Shown here in pieces: positions 39,945-49,885 of a stretch of 64,000 bases of DNA (the stretch's first letter is position 1; every line of letters starts with the position of its first letter). The notes under the pieces were generated by a model that worked only from the letters and a program-made list of their open reading frames with translations, did no database searches and had not been told where the DNA came from. The stretch is taken from contig OY969724.1 in assembly GCA_963702205.1 (NCBI GenBank), positions 2,560,001 through 2,624,000 of the forward strand, in the 5' to 3' direction. The translations under genes were made by a program, and so were the position numbers. The stretch comes from an uncultured candidate division Zixibacteria bacterium (GTDB lineage: Bacteria; Zixibacteria; MSB-5A5; GN15; PGXB01).

Positions 39945-41640
39945 ACTATATCCGATATATCTTCTGATTCTATTCCTGTTCCCATTGATTTTTATGACGT
40001 GTGCCAAGGTGGCCTCGCCGCCGGGCGGACCGGTGGATGAAACCGGTGCTGAAATAGTGATGTCCGAGCCCGAATCGGGCGCCGTAAACGTCGGCAAAGG
40101 GGATATCGTCAGCGTGGCTTTTTCGGAAACGGTCGACAAGAATTCCGCGCAGACGGCCGTGTTTATTTCGCCTCGCCCGAAGACTGAGCCGACGTTCAAA
40201 TGGAAGGGCAAGACGATGAACATCATCCTGCCCGATTCATTCCGGGATTCGACAACTTACATCGTCAACATCGGGGCCAATGTAACCGATCTTCGCAACA
40301 ACAAAATGGCATCATCGAAACAGATCGCGTTTTCTACCGGACCGGAAATCAGCAAAGGCAAAATAGAGGGCTATATAGCCGATGGAGGCAAGCCCGGAGC
40401 AGGGGCGACAGTCGGGCTGTTCGGGGGCATCAACCCGGATTCGCTGCCATCGTTCGATTCGCTCTATCCGGTGTACATGACGCAGACGGGGAAGGACGGG
40501 CTTTTCAACCTAAACTATCTGCCCGACGGCAGGTATTTCCTGCTGGCGTTCGGTGATAAAGACAAAAGCCAGACTTTCGATTTCGGCAAGGAGTCTTTCG
40601 GCCTGGCCGACCGGGTGGCGAACATCGAAAACGGTGTCGGGCCAAACCATCTTAATATCTCGATGATAAGAATCGATACGACGTCATATGGTATTCTGTC
40701 GGCGGCAACGAACGGTGACGGTCTGATAAGTATCAGGTTTACCAACAGCATCCTGCCGGAAGATTTCGAGGCGATGTTCGAATATATCGAATTGCGGCAG
40801 GTCGGTGATTCGGGGGCGACGTTGTCTCATCCCCAGGCAATCGAGGAAGACGGAGACAAGGCTCTTCAGAATTACACCATTTATTTCGGTGATTTGCTGC
40901 CCGGAAATTATCAGGTTCGTATCGATAATAAAGCCTTCGGGGTTATCGACGATTCATTACCTTATATCTTAAGCTCAACCTTCAACCTGGCCGCAACCGC
41001 CGACTCAACCCCGCCCAAAATCGCTTTCTGCTCTCATGATAAGCAGACCGTATACGCCAGGGATAACAAAATCGATCTCGGATTTTCGGAGCCGGTGGTA
41101 TTTTCTGACACGGGTCAGGTGCCGTTTATTCTTCTCGACCGGGACACCGTGGGGTACGATATAATCATAAATTCAATCGATCCGCTGCTTTATCAATTGT
41201 ACGTGCCGGACCTGAACGAAGGACAAAATTACACTTTGAGCATCAATGCTCCGGAGATTTCCGACCGGGCGGGTAACGTTCTCGGGCAGTCGATCATTGA
41301 TTACCATTTCAGTACTTATGATATTGATTCGATGGGCTCGGTTTCGGGAACCGTCTTGTTTGATACTTTAACCGTTAAAAAAGGCCCGGTAAATTTCGTA
41401 TTCAGCCTCTATCCATCGATGAAGACCTTTGATTTTGCGGCCGTCGAGGACAGCTTTCATCCGGACCTGCCGCCGGGCAAGTACCAGCTATTGGGATATG
41501 TGGACCGCAACGAAAACGGGAAGCAGGACTTCGGTTCGCTGAAACCCCTGGAATGGCCGGAGACGTGGGAGATTTACTCGGATACAATAAGAATCCGGCC
41601 GCGTTTTGAGACGGCCGGAATCGAATTGGATATTAAATAA
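39913..41640 (+). CDS. Ig-like (Big_5) domain lipoprotein
   Basis: Start placed at ATG 39913; hydrophobic leader plus CAKVASPPGGPVD; two 'FSE.V...D..GN...F.T' Ig-like units. Confidence 0.78.
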   Translation: MKRLKKSSNIRLYPIYLLILFLFPLIFMTCAKVASPPGGPVDETGAEIVMSEPESGAVNVGKGDIVSVAFSETVDKNSAQTAVFISPRPKTEPTFKWKGKTMNIILPDSFRDSTTYIVNIGANVTDLRNNKMASSKQIAFSTGPEISKGKIEGYIADGGKPGAGATVGLFGGINPDSLPSFDSLYPVYMTQTGKDGLFNLNYLPDGRYFLLAFGDKDKSQTFDFGKESFGLADRVANIENGVGPNHLNISMIRIDTTSYGILSAATNGDGLISIRFTNSILPEDFEAMFEYIELRQVGDSGATLSHPQAIEEDGDKALQNYTIYFGDLLPGNYQVRIDNKAFGVIDDSLPYILSSTFNLAATADSTPPKIAFCSHDKQTVYARDNKIDLGFSEPVVFSDTGQVPFILLDRDTVGYDIIINSIDPLLYQLYVPDLNEGQNYTLSINAPEISDRAGNVLGQSIIDYHFSTYDIDSMGSVSGTVLFDTLTVKKGPVNFVFSLYPSMKTFDFAAVEDSFHPDLPPGKYQLLGYVDRNENGKQDFGSLKPLEWPETWEIYSDTIRIRPRFETAGIELDIK

Positions 41641-41677
41641 CTGTCCCGCATTGCCGGAACGATTGTCAATTTGAATC

Positions 41678-42184
41678 TTATTTGCCTTTTTCCACACTTA
41701 CCAGTTTGATGTTGAAATTCAGGGTCTGACCGGCCAGAGGATGGTTGGCATCCAGCTTAACCGAATCGGGTGTGACTTCCAGCACCTTGGCATAAAAGAC
41801 CTGCCCATTGGGTCCGGGCAGCTGCAGTTCCTGGCCCACCTGCACGTCGCCGGCGGCTTGTATCTTATCTCTCGGTACCACGCCGATCATTTCATCGCGG
41901 TACGGACCGTAGGCACTGTCGGGGGGAATCACGACGGTCGTGCTGTCGCCCTCGGCCATGCCGATAAGGGCGTGTTCGAACCCCGGGATAACCATTGAGT
42001 CACCGAGTTTGAATTCCAGAGGCTCCTGACCTTCCGAGGAATCGAAAATTGTTCCGTCGTCAAGTTTGCCGACATAATGGACTTTGACCGTGTCGCCGAC
42101 CTCAGCCACTTTTTTTGAGGAGCAAGCCATGATGACGACAAACGCGGTCAACAAAGCCAATACCACCATCAGTCTTGATTTCAT
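41678..42184 (-). CDS. FKBP-type peptidyl-prolyl isomerase (SlyD/FkpB-like) with a lipoprotein signal
   Basis: VIMAC lipobox; GDTVKVHYVGKLDDGTIFDSS and LDANHPLAGQTL motifs. Confidence 0.9.
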   Translation of the reverse strand: MKSRLMVVLALLTAFVVIMACSSKKVAEVGDTVKVHYVGKLDDGTIFDSSEGQEPLEFKLGDSMVIPGFEHALIGMAEGDSTTVVIPPDSAYGPYRDEMIGVVPRDKIQAAGDVQVGQELQLPGPNGQVFYAKVLEVTPDSVKLDANHPLAGQTLNFNIKLVSVEKGK

Positions 42185-42385
42185 CTGTCTGCCTTTCTGA
42201 AATAACTTTGCATTTGCCGTCGCGACGGTTTATGCCAATTTCATTAATTCCTTAATAATGCCTATCGCACCAAGCTCTTATATTTCTACAAACGGCCTCG
42301 TCCCAATCTCTCAAAGGGTAATATTAATAATTACTTGAATCGGGGTCAAGATATAGATAAATCATTTGCAAGGCCGCGATCGGCT

Positions 42386-42415
42386 AAAAAAAAGGCGGGA
42401 CCATCCGGTCCCGCC
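42386..42415 (-). terminator. Intrinsic terminator after the OmpA lipoprotein gene
   Basis: GGCGGGACC-loop-GGTCCCGCC followed by T8 on the minus strand. Confidence 0.88.
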
Positions 42416-42432
42416 AAAATCAAACCCAAAAA

Positions 42433-43026
42433 TTAAAGTTTGCCCCAGAGCTTCAAGACGACGCGGCGGTTTTTGGCGTTGGCGTCTTTTTCGTCCTGCA
42501 TAGCCACCGGATGATTTTTACCCTGACTTGACGTGTACATCCTGTACAGGGCTATGCCATACTGGTCAACCAGATATCTCTGAACGGCATCCGCACGAGC
42601 CTGCCCAAGAAGCAGGTTATAATTGGCGGAACCGGTTTTATCGGTATAACCGGTTAGTTCAAGGAGGGAACGAGGATTATCTATCATCTTCTGACCGAGC
42701 TCTTCCATATAATCACGGCCAGCCTGTGTCAGCTCGTGGCTGTCAAAATCGAAATTGACCACGCCTTCCCAAATAACCTGATAATTTTCAAAACCTTTGG
42801 CTTCGTTCAAAGCCATGTTGGCTTTGTCCGAAAGTTCGGCCGTCACGGCCTGCATCTTCTTGATTTCATCGGCATTCAGAGCCGACTGGGCTTTCACGGT
42901 ATTCATATCAGCCTGCATCGAAGCCTGAACTTCGGCTATGCGCTGATCGACATACCCTTTGCTTGCACAACCTACCACCAGGAGGCCGCCAAGAATGGCT
43001 ATGGCCACGAGGATTTTAAAACGCAT
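42433..43026 (-). CDS. OmpA-family peptidoglycan-binding lipoprotein
   Basis: VVGC lipobox; coiled coil; FDFDS, GYTD..G...YN..LGQARA and NRRV motifs. Confidence 0.9.
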   Translation of the reverse strand: MRFKILVAIAILGGLLVVGCASKGYVDQRIAEVQASMQADMNTVKAQSALNADEIKKMQAVTAELSDKANMALNEAKGFENYQVIWEGVVNFDFDSHELTQAGRDYMEELGQKMIDNPRSLLELTGYTDKTGSANYNLLLGQARADAVQRYLVDQYGIALYRMYTSSQGKNHPVAMQDEKDANAKNRRVVLKLWGKL

Positions 43027-43121
43027 CCTTCCTCCATGAAAAATTGGTTAATTTAGCTTTATTTTGACCAATGATATAGTCCTTTTTGTGGTACTGTCAA
43101 GGCTAATTTTTTGTTTTTACT

Positions 43122-43928
43122 CTATTGTTTTATGGCTCCGGCAGTTATGCCGGAAACGATATGCCTTTGGAAGAGCAAAAAGACGACGAGAACGGGGATC
43201 ACGGCCAGTCCCGATCCTGCCATAAGATGCTGCCAATCAATGGCTTGATGCCCCTGATATAAGGCCAGTCCGACCGGCAGGGTTCGCAGTGAATCCGAAC
43301 CGGTCAGGATAAACGGAAACAGGAAAGAATTCCAGTTGACCAGAAAAACCTGTATCGCCAGCACGGCCAAAGCCGGTTTACAGAGCGGCATGACAATCCT
43401 GAATAAAATTCGGAATTCCCCGGCACCGTCCATACGCGCGGCCTCTTCGACCGACGGCGGCAGAGAGTCGATATATTGCTTGACCAGAAAGATGCCGATC
43501 GGATTGACCAGAAACGGCAAAATGAGCGCGGCATAGGTATCGTACAAACCCAGCTTGAAAATTAACAGGTACAGCGGAATAATTATAATATGCACCGGAA
43601 TCATCAGGACAAAAATCACGGAGAAGAACCAGAAACGGCGGCCGATTAATTTATATCTCGAAAGAGCATAACCGGTCATAAAGCAGAAAAGAATGTTGCC
43701 GATAGTGACGGCCGCTCCCACCAGGGCGGAATTCATGAAATAGCGAAGCATACCGCCGCTTTGGAAAATATCGCGATAGATATTCAGAGTGAAAGCACCG
43801 GAAAAGAAATCGGACAGAGACAGCCCCTGATCGGCGGGCAAAAAGGAGATGCGAAACATCCAGAGCAGCGGAAAAACCATCACCGCCAGAATGCTGCATA
43901 AAGCCGAATATTTCAGGAATTTTACCAT
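43122..43928 (-). CDS. Carbohydrate ABC transporter permease (MalG-like)
   Basis: EEAARMDGA EAA loop; WNSFLFP; TLPVGL. Confidence 0.93.
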   Translation of the reverse strand: MVKFLKYSALCSILAVMVFPLLWMFRISFLPADQGLSLSDFFSGAFTLNIYRDIFQSGGMLRYFMNSALVGAAVTIGNILFCFMTGYALSRYKLIGRRFWFFSVIFVLMIPVHIIIIPLYLLIFKLGLYDTYAALILPFLVNPIGIFLVKQYIDSLPPSVEEAARMDGAGEFRILFRIVMPLCKPALAVLAIQVFLVNWNSFLFPFILTGSDSLRTLPVGLALYQGHQAIDWQHLMAGSGLAVIPVLVVFLLFQRHIVSGITAGAIKQ

Positions 43929-44785
43929 ATCCGCCTTTGCCGCAATAATCGAAATTGCAATAGTGAAAATATCGCGATGATAATGAACAAGACATAGGCC
44001 GCGGCGGAGGCATAACCGAATTCAAAACGGCTCAGGCCGGTTTCATATATGAAATAGACGGCCGTCGAGGTGCCGTAATTGCCTCGTGTCATGACGAATA
44101 TTTCCACGAATACCTGGAATGATTTGATGGTGTTAATGACAATAATAAACAGCGCGACCGGCTTCAAAAGCGGCAGCGTTATATATCGGAATTTCTGCCA
44201 GGCTGTTGCTCCGCTGACTTCGGCCGCTTCATAAAGTTCATCGGGTATTGACTTAAGTCCCGCCAGAAACAACAGCATATAGTGGCCGACCGACATCCAG
44301 ACGTCCATGGCCATGACCGAATAAAGAGCCGATGAACTCGACAACAACAGCCCGTTTGGCGGTGGAGACAGCCCGATCATTTCCGCCAGGAGATATATAT
44401 AGCCACCACGGGAGTACAGGTTGGTGAAGACCAGCGCGACGACGATCATAGACGTCACCGACGGCATAAAATAAGCCGAGCGGAAAAAAGTCCGTCCCCG
44501 GAAGCTCTTATTGACGAGCAGTGCCAAACCAAGGGCTATGACGGTTGTGACCGGGATCGTGCCGACCACAAAAATGACGGTATTTTTCAGTGAAAGCAGA
44601 AAGGCCTTGTCGGAAAAAAGCGATATATAATTTTCCAGGCCGATCCAGGACCAGTCCGGACGCATCAGGCGATAGTCGGTGAAGCCTAAAACCAGCGAAT
44701 AAAGCAGGGGGAACAGCCAGAAGATGCAGAATGAGATAATCCAGGGCGATGCAAAGAGAATGCCTATGGATTTCCTGCGGATCAT
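43922..44785 (-). CDS. Carbohydrate ABC transporter permease (MalF-like)
   Basis: IGLENY; LYEAAEVSGA; FEFGYASA. Confidence 0.93.
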   Translation of the reverse strand: MIRRKSIGILFASPWIISFCIFWLFPLLYSLVLGFTDYRLMRPDWSWIGLENYISLFSDKAFLLSLKNTVIFVVGTIPVTTVIALGLALLVNKSFRGRTFFRSAYFMPSVTSMIVVALVFTNLYSRGGYIYLLAEMIGLSPPPNGLLLSSSSALYSVMAMDVWMSVGHYMLLFLAGLKSIPDELYEAAEVSGATAWQKFRYITLPLLKPVALFIIVINTIKSFQVFVEIFVMTRGNYGTSTAVYFIYETGLSRFEFGYASAAAYVLFIIIAIFSLLQFRLLRQRRIW

Positions 44786-46014
44786 TCCGATTGCTTGAGG
44801 AGTTTTTCTATTTCTTTTTTGCCGTTATATAAACCCTCGGCCATCGGAACGCCATCGAATAGAATATCTTCCAGAGTCCGCTCGATAATATCCTCGATAT
44901 AAACCCAGTTCTTATCGATTTCCGGCATCTGTGAGCGTTCCAACTGCCGGACAAAAGTGGCCAGGTGCGGATCATCGGTGAAGAACGGATCTTCGGCGGC
45001 GGCCTTATTCGATGGATTAGCCGACATATTGGCCTTGCAAAAAGTAAGCTGATTTTCTTTGTCGGTTATGAATTCGATAAATTTGAGGGCCGCGTTTTTA
45101 TCGGGACAGGTTTTGCTTATCGCCAGGTATTCACCACCGAAAAACGAAATGCCGGGGTACTTGGGACCGGGGAAGACGAACGTCGAAAAATCAATTTGTC
45201 GTTTTTCGTTCCGGATGCGTTTCAGCAGCCAGTCACCGGAAATTATCACGCCGACCTTGCCGTCGAGGAAGGCATCTTCCAGCCTCCGTTGAGTGTCGAC
45301 CAGACCGGTGCTGTCGGAAAGTTCTTTATAGAATTTGAGAGCATTGTACGAGCGGTCGGTCGCTAACGTGCTGAATCTTCCCGTTTTACTTATTATATAT
45401 CCTCGATTGGACCAGAGGAATGGGAGAAACTTTTTATACAGCGTATGCTTTTCGGCGGCGTTGGAACCGAAGCCGTAAATGTCTTTACCGAGCGAGTCGA
45501 TCCGGTAACATTCTTCTTTCAGCAAATCCCAATTGTACGGAACAAAATCATCCGGCAGACCGGCCTTTTTTCTCAGGGTGTTGTTTACGTACAGAACTCT
45601 CGTCCCCAGAATCCAGGGGAAGGCGTAGATTTTATCTTTGTACATGGTCGGTTTCCAGCCGTAGAAAGCCGAAGTGTCTTTAACGACACCGTCGGTGATG
45701 TCGGCCAGTTGGTCAGACTGTGAAAATTCCGCTATCCAGTCCGAGCCCAGTTCGACGATATCGGGAGCGGTACCGGATGAAAAGGCAAGGACGATTTTGT
45801 CGTGACCGTTGGCCCAGGTGAGGTCGGTTATATTGATCTTGATATCGGGATTTTGAGCTTCAAAATCCGAGACCATTTTTTCTATGGTCGGCTTGATGGC
45901 GGGATCGGTTGAAAACTGCCACCATTGTAACGTTACGGGTCCGGACGGCTTGTTTCCGCACGAAACCAGACCGAGCAATGCGATAATTGTCAGTAGTAAT
46001 GTGATTTTTTTCAT
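44782..46014 (-). CDS. Carbohydrate ABC transporter substrate-binding lipoprotein (SBP family 1)
   Basis: LVSC lipobox; FEAQNPDIKI, GTAPDI and F.DGKVGV motifs; first gene of the permease operon. Confidence 0.9.
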   Translation of the reverse strand: MKKITLLLTIIALLGLVSCGNKPSGPVTLQWWQFSTDPAIKPTIEKMVSDFEAQNPDIKINITDLTWANGHDKIVLAFSSGTAPDIVELGSDWIAEFSQSDQLADITDGVVKDTSAFYGWKPTMYKDKIYAFPWILGTRVLYVNNTLRKKAGLPDDFVPYNWDLLKEECYRIDSLGKDIYGFGSNAAEKHTLYKKFLPFLWSNRGYIISKTGRFSTLATDRSYNALKFYKELSDSTGLVDTQRRLEDAFLDGKVGVIISGDWLLKRIRNEKRQIDFSTFVFPGPKYPGISFFGGEYLAISKTCPDKNAALKFIEFITDKENQLTFCKANMSANPSNKAAAEDPFFTDDPHLATFVRQLERSQMPEIDKNWVYIEDIIERTLEDILFDGVPMAEGLYNGKKEIEKLLKQSE

Positions 46015-46097
46015 AGCCCGAGAATAAGTAAAGTCTTAAGGGGTTGTCAAGTAAACTTTTTGTTGATTTTACAACAACACAATTATTAAGTCATTAT

Positions 46098-46958
46098 ATG
46101 CAAAAAACTTGGGTTCGGTTCATTTTACTTTCATCGATAATGTCAGGATATGGTATCGCCTATGCCGGAGATTCATCGCCGCAGAATTCGACCTGGTTTG
46201 ATTTGTCGACATTGCCGACATTGATCCTTTCGATCATATGTATCGGGATCGTTTTGTACGCGATCAAATCATCGAAATCGGGCGAAGGCATAAAAATTAG
46301 AGAAATACCGGGACTGGCCGCAGTCGAGGAGGCGGTCGGGCGGGCCACAGAGATGGGATCACCGATGCTCTATACGCCCGGCTGGGGCGGCGACATCCAG
46401 CGCCCGACGACGATAGCCTCGATGAATATACTATCATCGGTCGCAGAAAAGGCCGCCGAATACGATTGTCGGCTGATATATCCCACGCACGACCCGGTCA
46501 TAATGGCCGTCGCGCAGGAAGTGGTCAAAGAAGGGTGCGCCAAAGCAGGCTATCCCGACCGATACCACCCCGATGATATATTTTATATTTCGTCGTCGCA
46601 GTTCGGCTATGCCGCCGCGGTCGACGGTTATATCAGTCGTACGAAGCCGGCTTCGGTTTTTCTGCTGGGGACTTTCGAAGCCGAATCGCTGATCCTCGCC
46701 GAGACTGCCAATTCAATTGGTGCGATGCAGATCGCCGGGACCGATTCGACTATACAGCTGGCCTTCTTTATTGTCGCCTGCGACTATACTTTAATCGGCG
46801 AGGAACTGTTCGCGGCGTCGGGGTATCTGTCGAAAAATCCGGCGATCCTGTCATCGGTCAAGGCACAGGATATTATCAAAGTCCTGATTGCCGTGTTTAT
46901 TATAGTCGCCATGGTCTGGGCGACTATTGATCCGGCGTCAACATGGTGGAAATTCTGA
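46098..46958 (+). CDS. DUF6754-like membrane protein
   Basis: IREIPGLAAVEEAVGRATEMG and CDYTLIGEELFAASGYLS motifs; start placed at ATG 46098. Confidence 0.7.
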   Translation: MQKTWVRFILLSSIMSGYGIAYAGDSSPQNSTWFDLSTLPTLILSIICIGIVLYAIKSSKSGEGIKIREIPGLAAVEEAVGRATEMGSPMLYTPGWGGDIQRPTTIASMNILSSVAEKAAEYDCRLIYPTHDPVIMAVAQEVVKEGCAKAGYPDRYHPDDIFYISSSQFGYAAAVDGYISRTKPASVFLLGTFEAESLILAETANSIGAMQIAGTDSTIQLAFFIVACDYTLIGEELFAASGYLSKNPAILSSVKAQDIIKVLIAVFIIVAMVWATIDPASTWWKF

Positions 46959-47576
46959 TGAAACAGCGCCTGCCTGTCATAATATGCTTCCTGGCCGGGG
47001 CCCTGATGTTTCTCCAGGTACTTTTCGCCGCATCCGGTGGCAAGAGCGATTTATTCCGGTATTCTCGATTACTGGCAGATAATTTTCGCCTTCACGCTGC
47101 TGGTGGGAGTGGCGGCTTTCGCGAAAAACAATCTCAAACAACTGTCCCGAGGGCAGGATGCCACATATCGGGCGATCGCTCTATTGGGAGTTGTACTGAT
47201 GCCGGTTTTGGCCATGATCGGGGGGATCAAAATAGATTCGCCGTTTTTGTGGATATTTGAAAACGTTATCGCCCCGATGCAGGCCACGGTTTTTTCGCTG
47301 CTGGCGTTTTTCGTGGCGTCGGCATCGTTCAGGGGTTTTCGCGCAAGAAACCTTCAGGCGTCGATATTACTGGGAGCGGCACTTATCATACTCATCGGCC
47401 GTGTTCCCATTGCCGAAATGATTTCGAGCTATCTGCCGAAACTGACTTTTTGGATACAGGACTATCCGTCGATGTCGGCCCGTCGGGCGATATTGATCGG
47501 AATCGGGCTGGGCTCGATGACGACAGCGTTCCGGGTTATACTTGGAATAGAACGAACCTATTTGAAAGGTGAATGA
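46958..47576 (+). CDS. Conserved integral membrane protein (DUF6754 operon) with an apparent +1 frameshift at ~47017-47018
   Basis: ATG overlaps the upstream TGA. Removing one G from CAG-G-TAC joins MKQRLP...MFLQ to YFSPHPVARAIYSG... and FSLLAFFVASASFRGFR...ILGIERTYL (~205 aa). Confidence 0.72.
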
Positions 47577-48391
47577 TGACACCGGCCAGAATCAGATGGA
47601 TAATATTCGCCGGGCTGTTTATAGTCGTTGTAATATCATATCTGATCGTGGTTGATTTCGTATCGGTGACGTCACCCGAAGTGCAGCGAAGCTACGATTA
47701 CATCGAAAACCTCCCCGAAGGCTCGGTGGTTATGGTCTCGTTCGACCACGAAGCCTCATCGCTGCCTGAAATCCAGCCGATCGCTTTGGCCATATTGAGA
47801 CACGCCTTCAAAAATAATATAAGGCTTGTCGGTGTGTCACTGTTCGCCGAGGGGACGGCTATCGGATATCGCCTGATGACAAAGACAGCCAAGGAGTATG
47901 GCAAAAAATACGGCACCGATTATGCCTTTCTCGGGTTCAAACCCCAGCAGATCGCGACCATACTCGGCATGGGCGAGTCGATCGAGAATATATTCCCCGA
48001 GGATTACCTCGGGACATCGGTCAATCAGCTGCCTATTATGGCCAATATCGAAAATTATGACGACATCGATATGGTGATTTCCATCGCCGACGGTTCTTTA
48101 ACCGTACAGTGGATCGAGTACGCCGGGGCGAAGTACAACCAGCAGGTGATGGCCGGACTCACCGCGGCCATGATTACGACGTACGATCCCTACCTTTCTT
48201 CGGGCCAATTATATTCGGTCGTGGGTGGACTGAAAGGCGCAGCCGAATACGAATCGCTGATTCACCGCAAGGGGGGAGGGACAAGGGGTATGCTGGCCCA
48301 GACTTCGGCGCACTTTTATGTGATTGTCCTGATTATCATCGGAAATATATTCTACTTCCGCAATAAATCAAAAAGTAAAGCGGAGCGGTAA
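47573..48391 (+). CDS. Membrane-anchored conserved protein (DUF6754 operon)
   Basis: N- and C-terminal TM segments; YGTDYAFLGF and GGLKGAAEYE motifs; overlapping start and stop codons. Confidence 0.75.
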   Translation: MMTPARIRWIIFAGLFIVVVISYLIVVDFVSVTSPEVQRSYDYIENLPEGSVVMVSFDHEASSLPEIQPIALAILRHAFKNNIRLVGVSLFAEGTAIGYRLMTKTAKEYGKKYGTDYAFLGFKPQQIATILGMGESIENIFPEDYLGTSVNQLPIMANIENYDDIDMVISIADGSLTVQWIEYAGAKYNQQVMAGLTAAMITTYDPYLSSGQLYSVVGGLKGAAEYESLIHRKGGGTRGMLAQTSAHFYVIVLIIIGNIFYFRNKSKSKAER

Positions 48392-49002
48392 TGGATATCG
48401 GACTTCTGATAGCGGGCATTTTGACACTGGCCATATATACATTTTTATATAAGGACAATCCCATCTACCGTGTGGCGGAGCATCTGTTGATCGGGTTATC
48501 TATCGGGTATGCCCTCGTCATTTACTGGCAGACGACACTGGTCGATATTCTTTTCAGGCCTCTGTTCCTGGATGGCAAGCTGTCTTTGATACTCCCGCTG
48601 ATATTGGGGCTCCTGATGTTCAGCCGCTTCAGCTCACGGTTGTCGTGGCTGTCGAGGATTCCGATCGCTTTCATGATCGGGGCTGGGGCCGGGGTGGCGA
48701 TTCCGGCTATGCTCTACGCCCGGACCATAAAACAGGTGTCGGCGTCGATTGTACCGCTGGTCGACGGCAACGGGTTTCATTTCGAGGCGCTGGTTGTGGT
48801 TCTGGGGCTGCTTTCGACGCTGGCATATTTTTATTTCAGTCGAGAACATGAAGGGGTTATGGGGAAGGCGGCGCGGCTGGGGACATATTTCCTGATGATA
48901 TTCTTCGGAGCCACGTTCGGATATACGGTCATGTCCCGCATGTCGACGTTTATCGGGAGGATCGACTTTCTCCTGACAGATTTCCTGCATCTTATTGGAT
49001 AG
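48391..49002 (+). CDS. Integral membrane protein (DUF6754 operon)
   Basis: ~6 TM helices; LYKDNPIYRVAEH and FGATFGYTVMSR motifs. Confidence 0.75.
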   Translation: MDIGLLIAGILTLAIYTFLYKDNPIYRVAEHLLIGLSIGYALVIYWQTTLVDILFRPLFLDGKLSLILPLILGLLMFSRFSSRLSWLSRIPIAFMIGAGAGVAIPAMLYARTIKQVSASIVPLVDGNGFHFEALVVVLGLLSTLAYFYFSREHEGVMGKAARLGTYFLMIFFGATFGYTVMSRMSTFIGRIDFLLTDFLHLIG

Positions 49003-49061
49003 CCAGCCGCAAAACTAAATGTGAATATTTTCATAATTGACCGGTATAGGCTTTTAATATC

Positions 49062-49829
49062 ATGGAAATAAAAATTGGCACCTCGGGATACAGTTTCGCC
49101 GACTGGGTCGGCCCGTTTTACCCGGAAGGAATCGAAAAGGGCAAAATGCTCGACTTTTATGTCAACCATTTCGACACGGTCGAGATAAATTCGACCTATT
49201 ACCGCATCCCGCACCCGGCCGTGATGGCCAAAATAGAACAAAAGACGCCCGACCATTTCGAGTTTATGGTCAAAGTTCCGCAAGCGCTGACCCATAAGAG
49301 AAAAGATATAGAAGAGGCCGTCACCGAATACAAAGAGTGCCTGAAGCCTATGGAAGACAGCGGCAAACTCAAGGGCGTCCTGGCCCAGTTTCCGTACTCG
49401 TTCAAGTTCAATCAATCGAATCTGGGATATATTCAATCCTGCCGGGAGCTTCTGGTGCCGCATCGGTTGTTTGTCGAGTTTCGTCACGATGGCTGGGTCA
49501 ATCGCACTATGTACGACGCGCTGAAAGCCGCCGATATCGGCTATGTTTCGGTTGATGAGCCGCAGCTGTCGGGTCTTTTGAAGCCGGACTGCTTTAATAC
49601 TACCAGTACCGGCTATATCCGCCTGCACGGGCGGAACGCCGAGCAGTGGTGGGACGGCGGCGCGCTGCGCTATGATTATGACTACACCCCGGAACAGCTG
49701 CAGGAGTGGAAAGAAAAAATCCGGAAGATGGAGGGAAAAACCAATAAAGTTTACATTTTTTTTAATAATTGCCACGCCGGGCAGGCGATAAAGAACGCTC
49801 GTGAGATGAAACAGATATTGATGTTATAG
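49062..49829 (+). CDS. DUF72 (YecE-like) protein
   Basis: IGTSGYS..DW.GPFYP, FDTVEINSTYY, QFPYSF, YIRLHGRN and FNNC motifs. Confidence 0.92.
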   Translation: MEIKIGTSGYSFADWVGPFYPEGIEKGKMLDFYVNHFDTVEINSTYYRIPHPAVMAKIEQKTPDHFEFMVKVPQALTHKRKDIEEAVTEYKECLKPMEDSGKLKGVLAQFPYSFKFNQSNLGYIQSCRELLVPHRLFVEFRHDGWVNRTMYDALKAADIGYVSVDEPQLSGLLKPDCFNTTSTGYIRLHGRNAEQWWDGGALRYDYDYTPEQLQEWKEKIRKMEGKTNKVYIFFNNCHAGQAIKNAREMKQILML

Positions 49830-49885
49830 AATTTTTTGTTGACCGGAAGCGATGATTTCTTTAATTGGAGGCTTTGGGGATAGAG

